DNA from: Argonema galeatum A003/A1
GTDB lineage: Bacteria > Cyanobacteriota > Cyanobacteriia > Cyanobacteriales > Aerosakkonemataceae
Direction of reading: 5' to 3'
Assembly: GCF_023333595.1 (NCBI RefSeq)
Contig: NZ_JAIQZM010000001.1
Location: forward strand, 460,681 to 524,680
Length of the DNA stretch: 64,000 nt
Position numbers and translations under genes: made by a program. The first letter of the stretch is position 1, and the number at the start of each line of letters is the position of its first letter. Shown piece by piece: positions 13,086 through 23,100 of the stretch. Under the pieces are notes generated by a model that did not search any database, was not told the DNA's origin, and saw nothing but the letters and a program-made list of their open reading frames with translations.

Positions 13086-16000
13086 CTAATCAAGGTATCC
13101 TTTAAGTTGTTCAGCCATAACCTGAACATGAGGGGGGTAATTCATAGTAATATGATTTCCCGGCACTTCTTTTACTTCTATACCTCCAACAGCAACCTCA
13201 ATCCAGGGCAATTCTGGATTTTTAGGATTAACTTCATTTTGTTCGATAGCACGAAAAAATATAATTCGACCCGGATAAATTCGAGGTATATAATTCCGCA
13301 TCGCCTGAGCGTGTACTTTAAATAGATGAAGAAACTGGCGAATCTGAGGTAATCCAAAATCAGGAGGAACTACCCTATTCGCAATCTTTACTTGCTCCAA
13401 AAAGTAAACAAGTTGCTCATCGGGATCGAGCTTTTGAAGGACATCAAAAGAAAGAGAAAGACTGAAACCAACACCCAGCAAATAAACTAGAATAGCTGTA
13501 TCATCTTCCATCGCCAAAACAGGCATTTGACCAGGGCCAGGAGTATCTATTAAAGTTAGTAATGCTATCTCTTCACCTAGCGCCTTGAGTTGCTGCGCCA
13601 TCTCAAAAGCAACAGTGCCTCCAAAGGAAGAACCACCCAAAAAATAGGGGCCTTTAGGTTGTTGAACGCGCACTGCTTCGATATAGCGGGCAGCCATTTC
13701 CTCAACTTTAGTAAAAGACTCTGTTTCTTGATCTGAGACGTGCGCTTGTATTCCGAAAACAGGCCGATCTGAACCTAGATAACGTGCTAAATCCCGATAA
13801 ATGTAAACATGGCCCCCTACCGGATGAACTAAGAACAAAGGTTGTTTAAAAGTACCGCGCTGAATCTCCACTAACAATGGCTCAGAAGCTTGTTGGGCTT
13901 GCCGATCATCACTCTCCGACAAGTCGGAATTATTTTTAATTAATTCAGCCAAAGCTGCAATAGTCGATGATTGCAATAGGCTATGGGGAGACAAAGACTT
14001 ATGCAGTGTTTCGTTTAATTTAGTTATTAGTTGAACTGCGAGTAATGAGTCTCCACCTAAGTCAAAAAAGTCATCATGAATTCCTACTTGCTCAATACCG
14101 AGAAATTCTTGCCAGATACTAGCAATAGTTTGCTCAATCTCATCTCTAGGAGCAATATAGGTATTGTGTAAATTCGGTCGAGAGTGATGTGGTGTTGAAT
14201 CTACTGGTTGGGAATTTTCATCTGGTAAAGATGCAGTTTTAATCGGTTGCTCGATTCCTGGTGCTTCAATCCAGTAACGTTGGCGCTCAAACGGATAGGT
14301 TGGCAATGGGAGACGATAACGCTGCTCATCAGCATAAAATTTAGACCAATCTATTTGTACTCCTCCTAACCAGAGCTTACCCAAGGTAGTAAGTAAGAAA
14401 GCTACATCTGAATTTTGGTCTTGCGGATGGCGTAATGAAGAAAGTACAATCTGTTCGGCTACTTTATTTGGATGCTGTTTGGCTAGCGTGTTTAATGTGC
14501 GTCCCGGCCCCACTTCTAGCAATATTTGATTTTTGTCTATTAATAGCTGTTGTAAGCCGTCTGCAAACCTTACTGTTTGCCGCAGATGTTGAGCATAATA
14601 ACTCGGACTTGTCGCCTCCGTCGCTGTAATCCAATTACCAGTAACGTTCGACAAATAGGGAATTTTAGGCGATTTCAGCTTAACTTTTTTCACCTGTTCA
14701 GTGAAGGGTTCTAAAATTGGCTCCATCATCTGTGAATGGAAGGCATGGGAGGTGTGCAATCGGCGACACTCGACACCTTTTTCAAGTAGCTTTTGTTGCA
14801 ATTCATCTATGGCATCAGTAGTACCTGAAACCACGCTCATAGATGCTCCATTAATCACAGCTATGTCGAGTTTATTGCCCATAAATGGTTGCACTTGCTG
14901 TTCTGGAAGTGGAACTGCAAGCATGGAACCACTCGGCAGTTGTTGCATTAATTTACCTCGTGCAGCTACCAAGGATAAGCCATCTTCCAAGGAAAAAACA
15001 CCAGCCAAACAAGCTGCTACATATTCACCAATGCTATGACCAATCATCGCTTTGGGATGCACTCCCCAAGACATCCACAATTTAGCTAAAGAGTACTCGA
15101 TCGCAAAAAGTGCTGGCTGTGTAATTGCAGTCTGTTTTAGTTGATTTGTCGCCGCTTCTGCTTCTGATTCGCTGGGATAAAGTACGTGGCGCAGGTCAAT
15201 TCCCAAATGAGGTTTGAGAATTTCCGAACATAAATCGATTTGTTCGCGAAATGTTGGTTCAACTTGGTAGAGTTCCAAGCTCATATTGATGTACTGCGAA
15301 CCCTGTCCTGAAAACATAAAGACGACAGAGTGATTTTTGGACTCTTGGAAGTTGGTAAAAACTCGTTTTGAATCGAGATTTTCCAGCGAAATCGCGCCCT
15401 CTTCAATATTATTACAAACCACTATCCGTCGATGGCTGAAAGCTCTTCTACCAACTTGCATGGTGTAAGCAACATCAGCCAGGGTTACATCTGGATTTTG
15501 CTTTAAATATTCCGCCAAATTTACAGTTGCACTATCAAGTGCAGAGCTAGTTTTTGCCGATAAAACTAGCAATTGTGATGGTCTGGATTCTCCAGATTTT
15601 TCTACGCTAGGTGCTTCTTCAAGAACTACATGAGCATTAGTTCCACCAATCCCAAAGGAACTAACCCCAGCACGACGGGGTGTTTTACCTGCTTTCCATT
15701 CGGAAAGTTTAGTGTTAACATAAAAGGGACTATTAGCAAAATCAATCTTAGGATTAGGCTGTTCAAAATGCAGGCTAGGTGGTATTAATTGGTGTTTAAG
15801 AGCCTGGACAGTTTTGATTAAGCCAGTGACACCAGCAGCAGTATCCAAATGTCCGATATTAGTTTTGGCGGAACCGATCGCACAAAAGCCTTTTTTCTTA
15901 GTTTCGGCGGAAAAAGCTTGCGTAAGCGCGGCAATTTCTATCGGATCGCCGAGGGGTGTTCCAGTTCCGTGAGCTTCTATATAGCTGATAGTGTCAGGGT

Positions 16001-16928
16001 GAACTTCTGCTAGTGCTAGAGCATCTGCGATCGCTTGCGCTTGACCATCTATACTGGGAGCCGTGTAGCCAATTTTGAAAGCACCATCATTATTGAGCGC
16101 ACAACCTTTGATTACCGCATGGATATAATCTCCGTCTGCGATCGCATCCTCTAATCTTTTCAAAACCACAATTCCCACACCGCTACCGCTAACAGTCCCC
16201 TGCGCCTTAGCATCAAAAGCTCTACAATGTCCGTCGGGAGAAAGAATCATTCCCTCTTTATAAAAATATCCTGTTTTTTGGTTAACGCCTATAGAAACGC
16301 CACCAGCCAAAGCCATATCGCATTGATAATTCAGCAAGCTTTGGCAAGCCATGCTGATAGCAACCAATGAAGTAGAACAGGCTGTTTGGACAGTAATACT
16401 CGGCCCTTTCAAGTTTAATTTGTAAGAAACGCGAGTTGACAGAAAATCTTTCTCATTCGCGATCGCAAGTTGGAAATCTCCAACGGATTCTCTAAGCTGA
16501 CGGTTCGGATAAAGGTTATTCAAGAAATAAGTATTGAAACTTCCTGCACCCGCGTAAACCCCAATCGAACCTTCATAAGTTTCCGAGTTATAGCCAGCAT
16601 TTTCTACCGCCTCCCAAGCCAACTCCAAGAAAAAGCGATGTTGTGGATCTGTGATTTCAGCTTCTCTAGGATTAAACCCAAAAAATGCAGCATCAAACAA
16701 CTCAATATCATCCAATACCGCTCTTGCTTGTACATAGTTTGGATCGCGCAATACTGACTCGTCAATGCCTGAAAATTTCAGTTCTTCTTCAGAGAAGAAA
16801 GAAATAGATTCCACACCATCGCGTAGGTTTTGCCAAAACTCATCAACATTTTTAGCCCCTGGAAAGCGACCAGCCATGCCGACGATCGCGATACCTTCTA
16901 TAGAGTCGGAAGTTTCAGATTTATCCAT
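13086..16928 (-). CDS. Type I polyketide synthase module KS-AT-ACP-TE (1280 aa)
   Basis: The KS N-terminus is 'IAIVGMAGRFPGA' with the active-site Cys region. The AT motif is 'GHSIGEY', the ACP motif 'LGGDSLLAV', and the thioesterase has 'GGSSFGG' (GxSxG). Confidence 0.9.
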   Translation of the reverse strand: MDKSETSDSIEGIAIVGMAGRFPGAKNVDEFWQNLRDGVESISFFSEEELKFSGIDESVLRDPNYVQARAVLDDIELFDAAFFGFNPREAEITDPQHRFFLELAWEAVENAGYNSETYEGSIGVYAGAGSFNTYFLNNLYPNRQLRESVGDFQLAIANEKDFLSTRVSYKLNLKGPSITVQTACSTSLVAISMACQSLLNYQCDMALAGGVSIGVNQKTGYFYKEGMILSPDGHCRAFDAKAQGTVSGSGVGIVVLKRLEDAIADGDYIHAVIKGCALNNDGAFKIGYTAPSIDGQAQAIADALALAEVHPDTISYIEAHGTGTPLGDPIEIAALTQAFSAETKKKGFCAIGSAKTNIGHLDTAAGVTGLIKTVQALKHQLIPPSLHFEQPNPKIDFANSPFYVNTKLSEWKAGKTPRRAGVSSFGIGGTNAHVVLEEAPSVEKSGESRPSQLLVLSAKTSSALDSATVNLAEYLKQNPDVTLADVAYTMQVGRRAFSHRRIVVCNNIEEGAISLENLDSKRVFTNFQESKNHSVVFMFSGQGSQYINMSLELYQVEPTFREQIDLCSEILKPHLGIDLRHVLYPSESEAEAATNQLKQTAITQPALFAIEYSLAKLWMSWGVHPKAMIGHSIGEYVAACLAGVFSLEDGLSLVAARGKLMQQLPSGSMLAVPLPEQQVQPFMGNKLDIAVINGASMSVVSGTTDAIDELQQKLLEKGVECRRLHTSHAFHSQMMEPILEPFTEQVKKVKLKSPKIPYLSNVTGNWITATEATSPSYYAQHLRQTVRFADGLQQLLIDKNQILLEVGPGRTLNTLAKQHPNKVAEQIVLSSLRHPQDQNSDVAFLLTTLGKLWLGGVQIDWSKFYADEQRYRLPLPTYPFERQRYWIEAPGIEQPIKTASLPDENSQPVDSTPHHSRPNLHNTYIAPRDEIEQTIASIWQEFLGIEQVGIHDDFFDLGGDSLLAVQLITKLNETLHKSLSPHSLLQSSTIAALAELIKNNSDLSESDDRQAQQASEPLLVEIQRGTFKQPLFLVHPVGGHVYIYRDLARYLGSDRPVFGIQAHVSDQETESFTKVEEMAARYIEAVRVQQPKGPYFLGGSSFGGTVAFEMAQQLKALGEEIALLTLIDTPGPGQMPVLAMEDDTAILVYLLGVGFSLSLSFDVLQKLDPDEQLVYFLEQVKIANRVVPPDFGLPQIRQFLHLFKVHAQAMRNYIPRIYPGRIIFFRAIEQNEVNPKNPELPWIEVAVGGIEVKEVPGNHITMNYPPHVQVMAEQLKGYLD

Positions 16929-16994
16929 TTTTATTCTTTCCTTGTAACAATACTTCGGACTATTTTCTGTGGCGATCGCAAGCGCAGAATTTGG

Positions 16995-17133
16995 GAGGTA
17001 CGTAGTTGGGCTTTAGCCCTCTTTGAGCACACAAGCGCAACAAGTGTACCTTGCGATCGCAAGCGCAGAGTTTGAAGCGGTATGTTGTTGGGGCCTGACC
17101 ATCAAAGAGCGCTGAAGCGCAACAACGTACCTC
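16995..17133. repeat. REP-1 copies in the PKS-NRPS intergenic spacer
   Basis: 'GTACGTAGTTGGGCTTTAGCCCTC' plus the variants '...GCGCAACAAGTGTACC' and '...GAAGCGCAACAACGTACC'. Confidence 0.7.
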
Positions 17134-17154
17134 ATAGAGGCGGTAGTTTCAGAG

Positions 17155-20100
17155 TTATCCATTTTTATTCTTTCCTTGCAAGCGTTGTTTTTGCTTTTGT
17201 CGATTGATTGCTTCTTTTTGCTTCTGGATGCGATCGCGACTAGCATCAAAAGAGGATTCTTCGTCCTGCTCCTGACTTAAATATTTAGCCAAAGAGCTAA
17301 TGGTTGGATATTTAAACATCTCAATCATTGAAACATCTCTGTCGATCGCTTCTCGCAGTTTACTATGAGCCTGAGCCATCAGTAATGAATGACCGCCTAA
17401 ATCGAAGAAATTATCATCGACACCGACTTTCTCTAGGTGTAATACCTGTTGCCAAACGGTAGCGATCGCTTGCTCCATATCAGTCTGCGGTGCAACGTAA
17501 CTCGTTTCTAATTCTATGTTAAGAGCATCTGGAACTGGTAGCGCCAGAGGGTCTACTTTGCCATTAGGTATCAGCGGCAAGGCATTCAAGAACACAAAGC
17601 TGGAGGGCATCATATAGTTGGGCAGCTTCTGCTTGAGAAAATTGCGTAAACTCCCGACCCCTGTGCGTTGCAAAACTTTCCAGAAACCCTGAGTTTCCAG
17701 AAGATGGGCTATGCTCTGTTGAAAAAGAGCTTGTTCGATCGCACCCAAAGCCAACTCAATCCCTGCTTGGTTTCCCTGACACCAAGCGACACTTCCCTCA
17801 AACCAGCGCTCCTCACCGAATCCGGCCATATGCAAGCGCAGGCGGACAGATTGACCGGGCTGACAAGTATCTGGCACATCCACTAAGCCGAGGCCACCTA
17901 ATGAGATGTCTTCTGTGCGAAGTTTCACCGCCGCGTGACCGTCAAATTCTGCCAGACACTCGCTCTTGAAGGGAGTACGTTCTGGTGTGAGGTTGGAAAC
18001 GATATAGGCTACTAGGCGCTGATTGCCGGACGCATCTTCTCGCTTCATAACTAAGGACTCTCGCACATCCGGGTGTTGGCTCAATATCGCCTCGATCTCG
18101 TTCAGTTCGATGTCCAATAAATTATCATCGACACCAACTTTTTCTGGGTGTAATACTTCTTTCCAAACGGTAGCGATCGCATCTTCGCTCTCAGTCTGGG
18201 GTGCGCCATTATCCAACTGTCGATTAAAAGTATCAGGGTCTGGTAGCGCCTTGCGGTCTATTTTGCCGTTGGGTGTTAGCGGCAAGGCATTCAAAAACAC
18301 AAAGCTGGAGGGCATCATATAGTTGGGCAGCTTCTGCTTGAGAACATGGCGTAAACTCCCGATCGCCGTGCGTTGCAAAACTTTCCAGAAACCCTGAGTT
18401 TCCAGAAGATACGCTATGCTCTGTTGAAAAAGATCTTGTTCGATCGCACCCAGCGCCAACTCAATCCCAGCTTGGTTTCTCCGACACCAAGCGACAGTTC
18501 CCTCCACCCATAGCTCCTCATCGAATCCGGGCAGATGCAGGCGCAGGCGGACGGATTGACCGGGCCTACAAGTATCTGGTATACCCAATAAGCCGACGCC
18601 ACCTAATGAGATGTCTTCTGTGCGAAGTTTCACCGCCGGATTCCCGTCAAATTCTGCCAGACATTCGCTCTTGAAAGGGGTACGTTCCGGTCTGAGGTTA
18701 GAAACAATATAAGCTACTAGGCGCTGGTTGCCGGACGCATCTTCCCGGTTTATAACTACAGACTCTCGCACATCCGGGTGTTGAGCCAACGTCGCCTCGA
18801 TCTCGCCCAGTTCGATGCGGAAGCCGCGAATTTTCACTTGGTGATCGATGCGACCTAGAAATTCGATATTGCCATCGGGTAGGTAGCGAGCTAAATCGCC
18901 AGTTTTATAGAGGCGAGAACCCGGTTCATTGCTAAAGGGGTTGAGAATAAAGCGATCGGCAGTTAGCTCAGGTCGGTTGAGGTATCCCCGTGCTAAACCA
19001 TCACCGCCAATGTAGAGTTCTCCGGGTACGCCGATCGGAACAGGTTGCAGTTGAGTATTGAGAAGATAGACCTGTGTGTTGGCAATAGGCCGACCGATGG
19101 GCAGTTTCTCCTCGCAATAACTGACTTCAGCGACTGTGGCACAGACCGTGGATTCCGTCGGCCCATAAGCGTTAAAGAACCGACGACCCGGTGCCCATTT
19201 AGCTACAAGTTCGGCGGAAACAGCTTCTCCCCCAACAATAATTGTCCGCAAGGTAGGAAGCTCTTCAAAGGGAAGAACTCTCAAGACTGCTGCTGGTAAT
19301 TCAATGTGGGTAATAGCTTGATCGCGCAACACTTCAATCAAACCAGAGCCTGCCAAAAGAGCATCATTGGTTGCGATATAGAGAGTTGCTCCCGAACACA
19401 AGGCAATCACCCAATCGGAAGTTGCAACATCAAAGCTCAAGGAAGCAAACTGGAGGACACGGCTGGAGAGATCTACGTCGAATATCTGAATCTGTGCTTT
19501 AGCGAGATTGCATAGTCCTCGGTGCCCCACCAGTACGCCTTTTGGTCTGCCTGTAGACCCCGAAGTGTAGATTACATAGGCCAATTTGTCAGATGTTAAG
19601 CTACCTCCAGGGTTTTCCTCGCTCTGTCGCTCAATGACTTCCCAATCTGTGTCCAGACAAACGGTACGTCCTTGATGTTTAGGAAGAGATTCCACCAACC
19701 GCGCCTGAGTCAGCAGCACTGGCACTTGGGCATCTTCTAACATGAAGGCAATGCGTTCTGGGGGATAAGCTGGGTCTAGCGGTACATAAGCTCCACCAGC
19801 TTTGAGAATGCCCAAAATTCCTACCACCATCTCCAAGGAACGTTCGACGCAGATGCCTACCATTACTTCAGCGGTGACACCCAAATTGCGGAGATGATGC
19901 GCTAGCTGATTAGCTCGTTGGTTCAGTTCTTTATAGGTAAGTTGCTTATCTTCAAAGACTAATGCGATCGCGTCGGGCGATCGCTCTACCTGCTCTTCAA
20001 ATAACTGGTGTATGCACGCATCTTTGGGATAATCGGTCTGGGTATGATTCCACGCCGCCAACTGCTGCCGCTCATACTCAGTCAAGAGGGGTAACTGCGA

Positions 20101-23100
20101 GATTTTCTGATCTGGGTTGGCAACAATGCCTTCTAGTAAAGTCTGAAAATGCCCCAACATCCTGGTGATGGTTGCGGAATCAAACAAATCCGTATTGTAC
20201 TCAATACGACCAATGATGCTATCCGGTCTTTCCTCTACATCCAAAATCAGATCGAACTTCGCCGTATCGGTCTGGATATCCAGATAACTCACATTCCAAC
20301 CCTCATGCAAAGATGGCATTGGAGGTTGAGGAGCAAACGCCACTTGGAACAGGGGGTTTTGGCTGAGGTTTCGTTCTGGTTGAAGTGTTTCTAATAGCTT
20401 TTCAAAAGGCACATCTTCATGAGCATAAGCTCCTAAAGTTACTTCCCGCACCCTAGAGAGAGCTACTTGGAAACTAGGGTTCCCTGACAATTCGGTACGC
20501 AGCACCAGAGTATTAATAAAAAACCCAATTACCTTTTCTATCTCTGGTCTGTTCCGACCCGCAGTGAACGTTCCCACCACAATATCTTCTTGTCCGGAGT
20601 AACGATATAGCAAGATCTTGAACGCTGCCAGCAGGGTCATGTAGAGGGTCACCCCTTCCTGCTGGGAAAGAGCTTTGAGTGCTTCTGTCAAGTTTTTAGA
20701 TACGACTAAACGTTGCCTTGCACCCCGGAAGGTTTGAACAGGGGGTCGGGGGCGATCTAATGGCAGTTGTAGTACAGGCAAATCAGCTAGCTGTTGCTGC
20801 CAGTAACCTAACTGACTTTCCAGAATTTCTCCTCTAAACTTCTGCTGCTGCCAAACTGCAAAGTCGGCATATTGTAAGGGTAATTCTGGTAATACTAGAG
20901 TTTTTTCATTACAGAACGCTTCGTAGAGTGCTGCTAGTTCTGGCAGGAAAACATTGTATATAGAAATACCGTCTATGACGATGTGGTGGAAGGTTAGGAA
21001 TAACCTGCAATCTTCATCCGATAGCTGGATCGAAGTAGCTCGCATTATTGGGCCAGAAGTTAAGTCGAAAGGTTCCTTCGCCTCTGTACTAGCTAACTGC
21101 AAAGCTTCGGCTTCCCGTTGGTCTACAGGCAATTGCCTCAAATCCACAAACTCTAAATTAAAAGTATCGGCAGGTGGATCGATAACTTGAATTGGCTGTC
21201 CATTTACTGTAATAAAGCGCGTTCTCAAACTTTCGTGACGCTTGATAATTTCGTTTAGAGCTTTTGCAAGGGCATGAACATCAATAGCACCAGGAAAACG
21301 AATCGTGCAGGGTTCATTATAAACAGGGCTATCGGGTGCTAATTGTGCGAGGAACCACAATTGTTGCTGGTTCCATGAAAGTGGCAAGTTTTGGTTTCTA
21401 GAACTTGCTGGAATCGAGGTAACTTGCAAGTTTCCCTTTTCCGAATCGCTTTCTAAAATGCGTTGCGCTAGTGAGGCTATGGTGGGAGAACCAAACAAGC
21501 TACCCACAGGCAATTCTACTTTTAATGTGTTGCGTAATCGACTGTCGATCTGGATCGCCAGTAAGGAATGTCCGCCCAATTCCAAAAAATTGTCGTAAAT
21601 GCCAACTCGTTCTATTCCCAGCACTTCAGCCCAAATTCCTGCTAAGATTTCTTCGATCGGGGTGCGAGGTGCGACATAATTTTCTTCCAAATCGGGTCTG
21701 GAAGTGTCTGGTGCAGGTAGAGAACGGCGATCGACTTTGCCATTGGGGGTCAGCGGGAGTGCCTCCAACAGGACAAAGCGATCGGGCATCATATAATCTG
21801 GCAGTTTTTCATGCAGAAAACTGCGGAGATGCGGTATCAACTTTTGGGCAACATTCCTCTTTAGTGGTTGATTGGCGTAGTGGCTCCAAGGTTGGGCGGG
21901 GATAGTGTTTTCTTCGGTAACTATTATCTCTTTAGTTTCCGCTACTTTTGTTGGGAAATTGTGTCGAAAAACCACGTCATAACTGCCAGAAGCACTGGCT
22001 TCTAACCAGCTAATATGGATTTGGTAATGGAATTCTTGACCTAATAACCAAAGTTCTTCGGGATCTATTCCCAGTGGGGATGTTTTTTGTAAGCTGTTAC
22101 GCCATTCTCCTACAGTTTCTAGCCCTGAGTTAGTGTTCAGCCATTGGAGAGTTTTGATTTCTGTTTCTAGACGGGCGTTGGGGACTTGTCGCAAGCCGAG
22201 TATTTCTGGGGAGGTCGTTTGCAGCAATTGGCGGATGGATGCCATTGTCCAATTGGGTTGCCAGTCTAACCATTTGATATCTTTGGTGACAGGAACTCGT
22301 TCTCCTATATGCAGAATTACATCGTAGCGAAATCGAGTTAATTCATTGTGGTGAACGCCACGCTTGGGCAGAATTTCAACATGACCGATTTGTGGTAGAT
22401 GTTGCTTCAAAGCGGTGAAGAAAGCTGGGTCGATGACCAATTCTTCTTCTTGCGCCATTAGCGATCGCACGGTGGAAAGTAATTGCGTTCGTTCCAGTTC
22501 TGCGGATGCCCGATGTAATTGCACGGAGGCATGATAAGCTTCCAGTAGCGGCAGACTCCGCAAATCGCCCAAGAAAATGTTGCCGCCACTGCGTACTGCA
22601 TTCACTGCCCCTTCTAGAACTTTCAACAAATAGTCAATGCTGGGGAAATGCTGAATTACCGAGTTGATGATGACTGTATCGAGGCTGTCTGCTTCTATGC
22701 CTTCAAAGTTGTCTGCCGTCCTTTCGAGAAGTGTGACATTCTCTAATCCCTGCACCGACATCTTCATCTGTTCGATATAGCGTAGTGCTTGTGGAGAGAA
22801 GTCCGCAGCCCGGTATTGAGTGCAGTGAGGAGCAATTCGAGACAGTAGCAAACCTGTTCCGCAACCGATTTCTAGAACGGATTGGGGTTGCAATTGGAGA
22901 ATGCGATCGACAGTATGCTCTACCCAAGAGCGCATCTCGTTTTCTGGGATAGGCTGGCCTGTGTAACTACTGTTCCAGCCGATAATATTAAAGGTTTGAT
23001 TTTGATGGGTAGGAGTCTGGCTGTAGGTATTTTCGTAGAGTGTTTGCCATTGCGAGAGGAGTTCGGTATAGTTATCTAACTCTGGCTCGGACGATGAGGA

